Shown: one piece after another, positions 13,001 to 26,244 of the stretch
Position numbering within the stretch: position 1 is the stretch's first letter
Layout of the letters: each line of letters starts with the position of its first letter
Notes under the pieces: generated by a model
Database searches by the model: none
The model's input: only the letters and a program-made list of their open reading frames with translations
Told to the model about the DNA's origin: nothing
From: Reclinomonas americana ATCC 50394
Taxonomy: Eukaryota
Length of the DNA: 60,060 bases
Direction of reading: 5' to 3'
NCBI GenBank assembly: GCA_048213135.1
Contig: PS015198.1
Coordinates: forward strand, 68,932-128,991
Program-made: the position numbers and the translations under genes

Positions 13001-16000
13001 CCTTCCGTCGTCCGCAGTCATGGTCTCGTTCGGCAGGAGCCTCGGCAAGCTAATGAATAATGCACGTGCCAAGACGCCCAAGTCTATTGAAGGAGTGCTC
13101 CAGAGCATGAGCAACTTCATCGAGGTAAGCAAATGTCTGTTCTGTCTATCCCGCGTGACTGGAAAGTGAACTAACGTCGATGCATGTGCCACTCTACAGA
13201 AGAGTGAACTGCGTGGTGCTGCTCTGGTGGATGCCATTGAGAGACCATTGATTTTGGTGGATGAACGTGGCCATTCTGAGGTACGCCGACGTTCTCTTGT
13301 GGTCCTTGCATTTCGCGATTTGTGTTGACTGACACACGTGCTTCATTCACGATGTCGGTCGTTCTGCAGGAGTCATGGAAGATGATGGAGACAAAACGGA
13401 AGAGCAATGACCGTCTTTTGCAGCTGGTCATCCAAGCCGCGCAGGCCCTACGTGAGTGTCCTGGCTTGCAAGCGTCGCTGATTCGAGACGGCTGTCTCTC
13501 CGAGGAGGAGATCGCACGGGCCGTCGAGTGGTGTATTGAGAGAGGTTTGATGGCATCCTTGTGTTGTACTGTGTGCATTGTGTCAGGACTTACAAGCGAG
13601 GTGCAGCTCTCATGGAGGCGAAGGTGCTGAAGAAAGAAGAGATGAAGGAAGAGAAAGAGGAGGATGATTCAAGGGTCGGCAGGGAGGAGGATGAGGACGA
13701 CGACATGGATGAGGCTGACAAGAGGAAGGTATGACCATGGATGATTGGACAAGTGCACGTTGTGGCAACATCTCATCTGTACATGCAAAGCGACGAGGGA
13801 GTGGTCCTGCAACAATGAGCAAGGACGAACAACTGATGCTGGCAAGGCTGCTTGTTGAGTGTGCTTGCTGTCGAGTGTCCTTATGCGTAAATCGTCTAGC
13901 TGATCGAATGTTCATTGCACCACCCATGTGTTTCATACGCGAGCAGTGCTGCAACAAGAAGAAGATACTTGTGACGGCGTTTGGCTTCATGGCGCCGTTC
14001 GTGATGGGATCCACGGTCCGTCATCACCAGGGCGTTGTTGTTAAACTCGTATGCAAGGAGTGTGGCTTCTCGACATCGAAAGCAGGACGGCTTTCGTCGG
14101 CAGTCGTCAACTCATTTGGCAAGAGTCTTTGCGACTTCGTCAGGACAGCACGCGAGAAGACGCCCAACTCTGTTGAGGGAGTGCTCCAGATGGTGGGCGA
14201 CTTTGTCGAGGTGAGCAGCGAACCTCTTTGCGAAAGTTTATCAATGGTGAGCGCTAACGTGTGTGCCACTATGCAGAGGAGTGAACTGCGCGATGCGGCT
14301 CTGGCGGATGCCATTAAGAGGCCGCTGTTTGTGGTGGATGAACGTGGTCATTCGGAGGTGTGGTTGCCCTGTGTTCTGTGTGAAGATGCATGCTAAATGG
14401 CGTTTTTCTCGTTTTGTGCTTCGATATTCGGATGTCAGGAGTCGTCACTCTTGCCAGGGATGAAGCGCAACAGGAAGACTCCTCTGCTGCCGTTCATGAC
14501 ACAAGCTGTTGAGGCTCTTCACAACTGTACAGGCCTGCTGGTCACTCTGCTTCGAGACGGTTCTCTTTCCGAGGCGGAGATTACTCGTGCCGTCAAGTGG
14601 TGCCGTGAACGAGGTTTGGTTGCGTGACACACATTGTTGCAAATTGTGAATACTCTGACACAGGCGACAGCTCTGAGGGAGATGGAGATGATAAAGAGAG
14701 AGGAGAAGAGAGAGGACGACGATGATGATGACGGCAGCGAGAATGAGGACGATGACGGGGAGGGAAACAGGAGACACAAGGTACGCCCGTCACTGCTATC
14801 TATATAATGAGACGTGAATTATTTGTGTATCTCAAAAACTGCACGATTCTCAATGACAGGGCCACAAGAGTGGCCTTGCAAAGTTGAGCATCAACGAGCA
14901 ACTTATGCTGGCGAAACTGCTTGTTGCGTATTGTTGTTGTTGCCTCTCTGCTCGGCTCCTCATTCCCACTCACCCAGCGAACATGCGAGCAGGGTTGCAA
15001 CAGGAAGAGGATGCTGGTGAAGGCATTCGGCCTCATGGCACCTGTGGTTATGGGATGCACTGTCCTCCATCATCAGCGCCTTCTCTTCCAATTTGCCTGT
15101 GATGAATGTGGGATGCCATGCGAGGATCCTGGCTGCCCATCACCTGGAGTCCAGTCTGCATTTGGCAAGAGTCTTGCCAATAGTGCCAACACGGCACGCG
15201 GCATGACGCCCAAATCAGTGGAGGGCGTGCTTGAGAGCGTGAGCAACTTCATCGAGGTCAGTGTCCCTGTGTTGGCATTCGACAGTGACGTTCCTGCTTC
15301 CTGATCTGCCTTCCATTGTGTGCATGTAATCATCAGAAAAGCGGTCTTCGAGGAGCTGCACTGGTGGATGCTGTCGAGAGGCCAATGATTGTGGTTGACG
15401 AACGTGGCCACTCTGAGGCATGTGGACTGTGATTTGTGCATTGATGTGCATCAATGATGTTGTCTCACTTTCTCAATTCTCGGGCAGTAGGAATCAGCCA
15501 AGTTGACGCAGATAAACACCAAGCAAACTCCTCTTCTGCCGTTCGTCACACAGGCCATGCAGGCTCTCCACAGCTGTGCTGGTCTGCTGGCTGCTCTGCT
15601 GCGCGACGGTTGCCTTTCCAAGGCAGATATGGAGCGTGCCGTCGAGTGGTGCAGTGAACGAGGTTTGGGAGCGTGACACACATTGTTGCAAATTGTGCAT
15701 ACTCTGACAAACAGGCGACAGCTCTGAGGGAGATGGAGACGGCGAAGAAAGAGAAGAAGAGAGAAGACAACGAACAGGCGGATGATGATGACGACAGCGA
15801 GAATGAGGACGATGACGGGGAGGGGAAAAGGATACACAAGGTACGCCGTCACTGCTATGTGTGAGTCCTGAATGATGTGTGCATTCCGAAACTGCATGGT
15901 TCTCAATCGCAGCGCCGGAAGAGTGGCCCTGCGAAGTTGAGCATCAACGAGCAGCTTATGCTCACGAGGCTACATGTTGCGTGTTGTCGTTACTTCTCTG

Positions 16001-16976
16001 CTCGGCTCCTCTCTCCCACTCACCAACCGCACATGCGAGCAGGCATGCAACAGGAAGAAGATACTGGTGAAGGCATTCGGCCTCATGGCACCGTTGGTGA
16101 TGGGATCCACTGTCCGCCATCATCAGCGCCTTCTCTTCCTGCTTGCCTGTGACGAATGCGGACTGCCGTCGGAGGGACCAGGCTGCCCATCATCCGCTGT
16201 CATGGCTGCATTTGGCAAGAGTCTTGCCAAGAGTGCCACTTGGACACGCGGCAGGACGCTTAAGTCAGTTGAGGGCGTGCTCGAGAGCGTGAGCCACTTC
16301 ATCGAGGTGAGTGCCAGTGTGTTGTCTCTGTGTCGCCTCCGATCGTGACGTTTCTGGTGACTGACTTGCGTTCAATATGTGCGGGATCATCAGAGGAGTG
16401 GTCTTCGAGGAGCTGCGCTGCTGGATGCTGTCGAGAGACCACTGATTGTGATTGACGAGCGTGGCTTCTCGGAGGCATGTATCCTGCATGTGTGGTTTTG
16501 TGAATCAATGCTAGCTTGCTCACAATGCGTACTCTGGCAGGAGTCAGCAAAGTTGTGGAAGGGAGGCACTCCAAATGTTCTTCTGCCATTCGTCACGCAG
16601 GCCATGCCGCTGCTCCACACTTACCCTGGCCTGCTGGCCACTCTGCTGCGAGATGGACGTCTGTCAAAGACGGAGATTGCGCGTGCCGGTGAGTGCTCCA
16701 AATGGAAAGATCTGGAAGCACCTGGATGTTGTTGCATGTCGTGCCAGCATCAACTCTGACGAGCATGATGCAGTGCTGGGTGAAGAGAAGCCGGTGAAAA
16801 TGGAGGTGGTGAAGAAAGAGGAGGAGGAAGACGAGGAGGAAGACGAGGAGGAGGAGGAGGAGGAGGAGGANNNNNNNNNNNNNNNNNNNNNNNNNNNNNN
16901 NNNNNNNNNNNNNNNNNNNNNNNNNNNNNNNNNNNNNNNGGAGGAGGAGGAGGAGGACGAGGACGAGGACATGTAG
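10047..16976 (+). CDS. Uncharacterised repeat-domain protein, paralogue A (five ~190-aa repeats with acidic/basic linkers)
   Basis: ATG 10047 (MASRHPPPPRPHS). Five 264-nt phase-0 core exons at 11649-11912, 12861-13124, 13947-14210, 14993-15256 and 16043-16306. Each is followed by an ~81-nt exon (xSELRGAALVDAxERPLIVVDERGxSE), an ESW..LLPF..LLRDGxLSxAEIxRAV exon and a VKKEE/acidic exon. Stop TAG ends at 16976. Confidence 0.85.
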
Positions 16977-18075
16977 AGCAAGTAGTTCGAGAGGATGATA
17001 CTGCCGTGAATGGACGATGATATGCCTGCACCGGAGGGGCAGCTGGAGGGATGAGGGACACGGGAAGAAGTTTCACTGTGTTAGCAGCAAATGCAGACTG
17101 CAGGTTGTTTGTGAAATAGATGGAGCTTGTCGAAGAAGGAGAAGAGGAGAGCAGAAACCGCAGTTCACCAAGAGGAACACTTCTGAGCAGCGGCCTTGTG
17201 TTATGAGGGATGGACTCTGCATTCGAGCTTTCTCTTCATGCAGCTGACTGGTGTAGTTATTGTTGCAGGAGGAAGAGCAAGACGAGTGAAGGACGATTCA
17301 CCTTGCGAGGCGAATGAATGCTGTTGTGCGTGCAGCCGCCCGTAGGCGTCCGTTCGCTTTCGTGCGTGTTGCTAACTCTGCGCAACAACCAACTCGAAAA
17401 TGGCCGTCGTAAGATCTCTTTGACCGCCGCGAGCTCAAGCATATTCGAGAATAGCAACGCGTGCTTCTTCTCTGTTCATGGTAGCGACAGAGCAACACAC
17501 CGCTGATGCATAACGGGCCATCGGCTGTGGGGGAAGGGAGCAACCCATCGCGTGTTTGTGCAGGTAACTCGTGTTCTTGTGGACCGATGTGGATTGAGCA
17601 GAAGGAGGTGCTGCGTTGTTGGATCTATGGATACTCCTGCACGTGCATCAGACCAGCGGGCACAGTCTCGATGACGATAAGAGTTGTTGGTTTTCAACTG
17701 GATGCTGAGTTCGTATCCTTCACGTTGTGTTTGTCTGCGGCCCTTCCTCGGTATCCATCCAGGCGATGCTGCCATGATGCAGCTGCTCATGTGCGCTGTT
17801 GTACTCTATGAGGAGGTGTTGTCTTTCACCATCTCAGCACCCAGCTTCTCCTGATCCATGTTCTCACCGCAAGAGAGAGATCTAAAACTAAGAGACATGC
17901 ATTGCTGGACGTGCAAAACAATCGCAGTTGACGATGTACCCAAGTTTGCCCAGTTCCCTGACACTCCCTCTCCTCTCTCTCCCTTTCTCACTGCCACACT
18001 CCTCCTTCTCCTCCTCACCTTCACATCACGACTTGTCACCTTTTCATCTTGCTGTTCGAATCAACGAATTCTTCA

Positions 18076-18490
18076 CAGTAGACTCCTCGCTGCGTTTCGA
18101 CAAACTGGGTTTCATTTGCTTCTGTGTCGGTACTCCGTACCGTTCCCATCTATTTACAACCCATCAACTAGAGCTATCCGTACACGCAAACAACCGGGTC
18201 GCCAACCACTTGTTGTGCTACACAAGCTCCTCTCTAACTGTCACGCCAAAAACCCTCCACACACAAGCGCACAAGTCCCTTGAAGACAAATGCAAAACCG
18301 AACAACCCCAGCAAACAAAAGCGGAGGAGAAACGAGGAAATATGATGTGTGTACGCCGGGTGGGTGGGTGGGTACTGGCGTGCCACAGCAACAAACGAAA
18401 AAGCAAGGAATTTTCGTTTGGTCTCCACTCGTCGTCTACTAAATGATCAATACCAGAATCAAGGTTCCTACTCAGAACCGACGATCTTCA
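18076..18490. mobile_element. ~415-bp insertion upstream of paralogue B, possibly MITE-like
   Basis: Absent at the equivalent position in units A and C. It starts cagtagac (18076), contains gtctact at 18434-18440 (7-bp inverted match) and is flanked by an imperfect duplication (acgaattcttca / acgatcttca). Confidence 0.35.
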
Positions 18491-18574
18491 TTTGCTCTCG
18501 CTCTCTCTCTTTTCGTTTCTTGCATCACGCAGCGCGCGCGTGTGTGTGCGAAACAACAACAAAGACGCATACAG

Positions 18575-21500
18575 ATGGCCTCTCGTCGACACCCTCCTCC
18601 TCCTCCTCCACGCCCTCACTCAACAACAAAAACACCAACTCCTTCTCTGCCAATGTCTGCCTGTTCTCCGTGCGACGATGAGAAAGCAGACATGATGCTC
18701 GTCGACAGCAAGCAGCATGTGACGACGATGATGATGATGATGCATTCCTCTCCCTCCATCAACATCAACAGCAACGATGATGATGAGATGAAGATGAAGA
18801 GCGCATCGGGGTTATCTGCTCATCGTGGTGTACCTGCTATGGCAAGGCGACGAGTTCCTGTCTCTTTTTCTTCTTCCTCNNNNNNNNNNNNNNNNNNNNN
18901 NNNNNNNNNNNNNNNNNNNNNNNNNNNNNNNNNNNNNNNNNNNNNNNNNNNNNNNNNNNNNNNNNNNNNNNNNNNNNNNNNNNNNNNNNNNNNNNNNNNN
19001 NNNNNNNNNNNNNNNNNNNNNNNNNNNNNNNNNNNNNNNNNNNNNNNNNNNNNNNNNNNNNNNNNNNNNNNNNNNNNNNNNNNNNNNCCATGAAGACACA
19101 CATTGACACACAGCCTCGGAAAGATTCTCTTGCTGCGTACCTTGGTGTCATCGTCGTCAAGCTTGATGTCATCTTCTTCTTGCTCCTCTTCCTCCTCCAT
19201 CTTCACCAGCATCTTCGCATCACCAGATTCTGCGTGATGTTGGTCAATACAAGTGCAAGCAACAGCACCAGTCGCATGAGAATACAGACCTACTGTATGG
19301 CACCACATGACGGCACGTGATATCTCGGCTTCAGAGAGGTGGTTGTCGCGTAGCAGAGCCATGAGACCATCACACTTGCGCAGCGCATCCATGGCCTGCT
19401 TGACAAACGGCAGGAGATGATCTTCCTTGGTCTTGTTTGAGGGGCGCAAGACTTCCCACGATTCCTGTAACAAGCAAGTAGATTGGGTGAAAACTTGTCA
19501 GCCTGATCGCTGTCGAAAACAATCATGCAACACGAACGCACCTCCGAATATCCGCTCTCATCCACGACAATCAGCGGACTCTCAACAGCATCCACCAGAG
19601 CCGCGTCACTTAGCTGGCTCATCTGCAGATTGCAATCATCTGCATGTTGGTTCACATGTCATGGTCGTCACACGCACACATGCTTGCTCACCTCGATGTA
19701 GTTGCTCATGCTCTGGAGCACGCCCTCCACTGATTTGGGCGTTTTGGCGCGTGAATAGCTGGCAGTTTCGCCAAGACTCTTGCCAAATGCACTCTTGACT
19801 GCCGACGACGTGCGACCCGGCTCCGACATCGGAACCCCGCAGTCGTCACAGGCAAGCTCAAAGAGAATGCTCTGATGGTGGACGACTGTGTATCCGTGAA
19901 CAATCGATGCCATCAGGCCAAATGCCTTCACCAGAATCCTCTTCCGATTGCATCGCTGCGAGTGACCAATGAAGAGATTAGGAGAAGGAGGAGTGAGCTG
20001 GTTTGCAACGAAGAAAGAGAGCATGCACACGCAACAAGCAGCTTGTTCAGCAGCAGCTTCTCGTCTGCGCTCAACTCCACGGGCTCTTTCGCAGCTTGAC
20101 CCTTGCCACGCTGTGAATCCACAGCATGCATGATTGACACAAATACATCCAAATGCAGAGATCGATAAACAAACACAACAATGTCAGTAGCAGAGAATCC
20201 ACACCTTCTTTTTCTTTGGCGGTGCAAGCTCATCATCACTGGATGCATTCGCCTGCTGAGAATGAAGAGAAACCATCAGGTGTCAACTGCGATGCAAGCG
20301 AGAGGCGGTGAGACGCGTGCCTCAGCGGAGCTCACCTCCAGAGAACGCTTGCGGGATGATGTCTCAACTAAATCACGTGCAGGCAAGTCCTCGCTGTGAT
20401 CCACCTGAGACGAGTCGGCTCGCCGTCTCCTCGCGCGTTGCTGCACAAGCATNNNNNNNNNNNNNNNNNNNNNNNNNNNNNNNNNNNNNNNNNNNNNNNN
20501 NNNNNNNNNNNNNNNNNNNNNNNNNNNNNNNNNNNNNNNNNNNNNNNNNNNNNNNNNNNNNNNNNNNNNNNNNNNNNCTCTTCTTCTTCTTCTTCTCCTT
20601 CTTCTTTCCCATCATGGATTGTCGTTGTGTTTCATTGCCTGTTGCAGAACCAGCTGGCCTCGTGAAAGACAAGAAGGAGAAGAAGCACACCGACGAGAGC
20701 ACAGCCGCCATTGCCGCTGCCCGAAGTGACGCTGAGCAGGGTGCGTCTCTCTCTTGCTGTCTTTGATGTTCTCGCGTCACGTGATTTCTCACCTGGGTGG
20801 TGCATGCACGCAGCTGCTCATCAGGAGCACATGGAACACACAGCGATGGAAGGCATTGTCGAGGTACAGTGATTGTGTGTCGTCCCAAGATGAGCATTTC
20901 TCTCACTTGAACTCTCTGTCTCTCTCTTGGCATAATTGCGCAGCAACGTGCGAGGAGGCAGCGAGTCGACTCATCTCAGGTGGATCACAGTGAGGACTTG
21001 CCTGCGCATGACTCAGAAGAGGCATCGGTCCGCAAGCGTTCTCTGGAGGTGAGCTCCGATGAGGCACGCGTCTCATTTGCCCCTCTCGCTCGCTTCGCAG
21101 TTGAGACACCTCATGTTTCATACATTCTCAGCTGGTGGATGCATCCGGTGATGACGAGCTTGCACCGCCAAAGAAGAAGAAAAAGAAGGTGTGGATTCTG
21201 TCGCTGTTCGTCGATCTGCAGCTGGGTTCTCTTGTGTCAATGTTGCTTGCTGTTGATTCACAGCGAGGCAAGACTCGAGCTGCGAAAGAACCAGAGGAGT
21301 TGAGCGCAGACGAGAAGCTGTTGCTGAACAAGCTGCTTGTTGCGTGTGCTTGTCACTCTGTCATCATTGCGATCCACTTTGCTCCTTCTCCCTCCTCGAT
21401 GCACTCACCATTCTTCTCGTGTCACTCGCAGCGATGCAATCGGAAGAGGATTCTGGTGAAGGCGTTTGGCCTGATGGCACCGATCGTCCAAGGGTCTACG

Positions 21501-24500
21501 GTCGTCCACCATCAGAGTGATCTCTTTGAGCTTGCCTGTGACGACTGCGGGGTTCCGATGTCGGAGCCGGGTCGCACGTCGTCTGCAGTCGGATGTGCTT
21601 TCAGCAAGAGCCTCGGTGAGACTGTCAGTCATTCACGCCAGTCAACGCCCAAGTCAGTAGAGGGTGTGCTTCAGCGTATGATCAACTACATCGAGGTGAG
21701 CGAACATTCTTGGCGACGACCATGACATGTGAACCAACATGCAGATGATTGCAATCTGCAGATGAGCCAGCTCAGTGGCGCGGCACTGGTGGATGCGATT
21801 GAGAGACCGCTGATTGTGGTGAATGAGCGCGGGCATTCGGAGGTGCATTGCTTTGCATGATCTTCAGTGACTGTTATGATCGTGTCCGTTGATCTTCACC
21901 CTCGACCTCGTGTTACAGGAATCATGGAAGAAATTGTCACCTAGGCACAAGGGCAAGAAAGATCTTCTTCAGCCGTTTGTCAAGCAGGCCACGGATGCGT
22001 TGCGCGAGTGCGATGGTCTCATGGCTGCTCTGCTTCGGGACAATCACCTCACTGAGGCCGAGATAGCACGTGCCGTCACGTGGTGCCGATCAAAAGGTCT
22101 GCAATCTCATACCGCTGTTGGTGTTGCCGGTGTTGGTGTTGACCAGCACCGCGCAGAATATGGGGATGTGAAGATGGTGGTGAAGAAGGAGGAGGAAAAT
22201 GACGGAGAGGGTGATGTCCTCAAGTTCGAAGACGAGGACGTCAAGGTACGAGCAACAAAAGCTGCGGGCGCGCAAGTCTTCGTGGAGTTGGTCGACCATT
22301 GATATCTTGCGTGTTCACAGGACGATGACGGAGAAACAAAGCCAAGCAAGGTACGGCGATGCCCGATGTTTGTGGATGGTTGGTGAGGCAGGTGTTGAAT
22401 GTGGATGTTGTGTGGGGTATGCACTTGCAGCGCCTCAAGAGTGGTCGCCGTGTGCCGGATGTGGATTTGAGCAAGGACGAGCAGATGGTGCTGGACAGAC
22501 TGCTTGTTGCGTGTGCGTGTCCATAGTACCTCAGCAATGCAGAGTGATTGACTCAGCCATGTCTTTGTCTGTCGTAACACCTGATGCTTGTGCATGTGTG
22601 TGCGAACAGCGATGCAACAAGAAGAAGATACTGGTGATGGCATTCGGCATCATGGCGCCCATTGTGAAGCCATCCGCAGTCTTGCATTATCAGCGGGTTC
22701 TTTTCGAACTCGCCTGCACGGAATGTGGCATCCCTTCGTCAGGAGCTGGCTCTCCATCGTCCGCAGTAATGGAAGCATTCGGCAAGAGATTTGGCAGTAC
22801 CGTCCAAGGCGCACGCACCAAGACGCCCAAGTCAGTTGAAGGAGTGCTCCAGAGCATGAGCAGCTTCATCGAGGTGAGCATCTGTCTGTTCTCCATCTCT
22901 CACATGTGACTGGTGAGTGAGCCAATATCAATTCATGTGCAACTCTGTAGAGGAGTGAACTGCGCGGTGCTACTCTGGCAGATGCCGTTGAGAGACCACT
23001 TATTGTGGTTGATGAACGGGGCTATTCTGAGGTGTACCGAATTTCCTTTGTGCGCTCTTGCGTTTCCCGGTTTGTGGCGACTGACTTGCTTCTTTTAATA
23101 TGTCGGTCGTGCTGCAGGAATCATGGAGGATGTTGGAGATGAAGCAGAAGAAAAACGACCATCTCCTGCCTCTCATCGCCGAAGCTGCGCAGGCCCTGCG
23201 TGAGTGTCCTGGGTTGCAAGTGTCGCTGAGTCGAGACGGCTGCCTCTCCGAGGCGGAGATCGCACGGGCCGTCGAGTGGTGTGGCGAAAGAGGTTTGATG
23301 GCATCCGTTGTGTTGTACTGTGTGCATTGTGTTAGGACTGACGAGTAACATGCAGCTCTGCTGAAGGCGACGGTGCTGAAGAAAGAAGAGATGAAGGAGG
23401 AGGAGGAATGGGAAGATGATTCAAGGGTCGATGGGGAAGACGATTCAGACGACGACATGGATGAAGCTGACAGGAGGAAGGTATGACCATGGATGATTGG
23501 ACGAGTGCACGTTGTGGCAACATATCATCTGTACATGCACAGCGACGAGGGAGAGGTTCTGTGACAATGAGCAGGGACGAACAACTGATGCTGGCGAGGC
23601 TGCTTGTTGCGTGTGTTTGCAGTTGAGAGTCCTTCTGCGTAAGTCGTCTTGCTCATTGTGTGTTCATCGCACCACCGATGTGTTTCATGCGAGAGCAGTG
23701 CTGCAACAGGAAGAAGATACTGGTTACGGCGTTTGGCATCATGGCGCCGTGTGTGATGGATTCCACAGTCCGTCATCATCAGCGCGTTCTTGTTGAACTC
23801 GCCTGCAAAGAGTGTGGCGTCCCCTCGTCAAAAGCAGGACGGCTTTCGTCGGCAGTCATTAACTCATTTAGCAAGAGTCTTGGCGAATTCGTCCAGAGGG
23901 CACGTGCAGGGACGCCCAAGTCAGTTGAGGGAGTGCTCCAGATAATGAGCGACTTTGTCGAGGTGAGCAGCGATCATCTTCTTGCGCAAGTTTATCAATG
24001 GTGAGCGCTAACATATGTGCCATTATGCAGAAGAGCGAACTGCGCGATGCGGCTCTGGCGGATGCCATTAAGAGGCCGCTGTTTGTGGTGGATGAACGTG
24101 GTCATTCGGAGGTGTGTGGCTTCCCCGCGCTCAGTGTGCGTTGTATATGCTTAGCATGGCTGATACTTTCTCACTTTCTCTGCTCCGGAATTCGGATGTC
24201 AGGAGTCGTCACGCTTGGCGGCGATTAAGCACAAGAGGAAGAGTCCTCTGCTGCCGTTCATTACGCAAGCTGTGGATGCTCTCCACAACTGCCCTGCCCT
24301 GTTGGCCACTCTGCTTCGAGACGGCTGGTTGTCTGAGGCAGAGGTTACTCGTGCCGTCGAGTGGTGCAGTGAACGAGGTTTGGCTGCGTGACACACATTG
24401 TTGCAAATTGTGAATACTCTGACACAGGCGACAGCTCTGAGAGAGATGGAGATGGTGAAGAAGGAGGAGAAGAGGGAGGAAGAGCAGGAGGATGATAACG

Positions 24501-26244
24501 ACAGCGAGAATGAGGATGACGACTCTAGAGAGAATGGCATGTGCAAGGTACATTCGTCGCTGCGTTCTGTGGCATGCAAAAGGTGTGTACCTAAACAATT
24601 CATGGTGTGCGTTCTACAGCGCCGCAACGGTGGCCCTGCGAAGCTGAGCATTAACGAGCAACCGATGCTGGCGAAACTGCTTGTTGCGTGTTGGTGTGAT
24701 ATTAGCAAGTCACCGAAAATGTTGTCATGAAATCCTCACTTGCGTCTGCCCATCACACATGCGAACAGGCATGCAACAAGAAGAGGATACTGGTGAAGGC
24801 ATTCGGCCTCATGGCACCCTGGGTGATGGGATCCACAGTCCTCCACCACCAGCGTGTTCTCTTCCAGCTTGCTTGTGACGAATGCGGATTGCCGTCGACG
24901 GGACCGGGTTGCCCATCAAACGTAGTCATGCCTGCATTCGGCAAGTGTCTTGCCTGTAGTGTCGGCAAGGCACGCTACACTATGTCGAAGTCAGTGGACG
25001 GCGTGCTCGAGAGCGTGAGCAACTTCATCGATGTACGTGTCCCTGTGTTGGCTTCGTTCATTCGACAGTGACTTGCCTGCTTGCTGACCTGCTTTCCATT
25101 GTGTGCATGTGGATTCATTAGAAGAGCGGACTTCGAGGAGCCGAGCTGGCGAACGCTGTCGAGAGACCAATAANNNNNNNNNNNNNNNNNNNNCAACAGG
25201 AGCCACAAGGTGCGCCCCTCACTGCTATCTATGAGATGTGAATTATGTGTGCAGTTTAAACGGCATGGTTCTCAACCACAGCGCCACAAGAGTAGCCCTG
25301 CGAAGTTGGGCATCAACGAACAACTGATGCTGGCAAGAATGCTTGTTGCGTGTTGTCGTTACCTCTCCGCTCGGCTCCTCACTCCCACTCACCCACCGCA
25401 CATGCGAACAGGCATGCAACAAGAGGAAGCTGCTGGTGAAGGCATTCGGCCTCATGGCACCAGTGGTGCTGGAATCCACAGTTCGCCATTATCAGCGCGT
25501 TCTCTTCCAGCTTGCCTGTGACGAATGCGGAATGCCCTCAAACGGACCAGGCAGCCCTTCATTCGCAGTCATGTCTGCATTCGGCAAGAGTCTTGCCAAT
25601 AGTGCCAACACGGCACGCAGCAGGACGCCCAAATCAGTGGAGGGCGTGTTGGAGAGCGTGAGCAACTTCATCGAGGTAAGTGTCGGTGTTTTGTGCTGTT
25701 TTACCATCAAGTGATACGTGCCTGGTGACTCACTTGAGTTCAATATATGCGGGATAATCAGAGGAGTGGTCTTCGAGGAGCTGCGCTAGTGGATGCTGTC
25801 GAAAGACCACTGATTGTGATTGTCGATCATGGCTTCTCGGAGGCATGTATCCTGGATGTGTGGTTCTGTGAATCAATGTTAGCTTTCTCACTTTGCGTAC
25901 TCTGGCAGGAGTCAGCAAAGTTGCGGAGGGGAGGCACTCCTAATATTCTGTTGCCATTCGTCACGCAGGCTATGCGTCTGCTCCATAACTGTCTTGGCCT
26001 GCTCGCTACTCTGCTTCGAGACGGTTGTCTTTCGAAGGCGGAGATTGCGCGTGCTGGTGAGTGCTCCAAATGCGACGATTTTGATGCACCTGCTGTTGCA
26101 TATCGTGCCACCCTCATCACTGACGAGCATGATGTAGTGCATGGTGACGAGAAGCCGCTGAAGATGGAGGTGGTAAAGAGAGAGGAGGAGGAGGAGGAGG
26201 AGGTGGAGGTGGAGGAGGGGGACGACGAGGACGAGGATATGTAG
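18575..26244 (+). CDS. Uncharacterised repeat-domain protein, paralogue B
   Basis: Exon 1 from ATG 18575 (MASRRHPPPPPPRPHS), resuming after gaps at ~20648 (EPAGLVKDKKEKK). The 264-nt core exons are at 21432-21695, 22610-22873, 23699-23962, 24769-25032 and 25412-25675, and the gene ends EDEDM* at 26244. The join across the gaps is inferred. Confidence 0.75.
19088..20452 (-). CDS. Fragment of a third paralogue (N-terminal exons plus repeat 1) on an inverted, gap-bounded contig
   Basis: The minus strand encodes ELSADEKLLLNKLL, a 264-nt core exon at 19692-19955 (RCNRKRILVKAFGLMASIVHGYTVVHHQSILFELACDDCG), MSQLSDAALVDAVESPLIVVDESGYSE and ESWEVLRPS. N-runs flank it on both sides. Confidence 0.75.

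Noticed and set aside
11480-26060. Regularly spaced repeats as a CRISPR array or transposon array
   Set aside because: The units are ~1.05-1.2 kb spliced coding modules. There is no short repeat-spacer structure, no cas gene and no transposase or RT motif.
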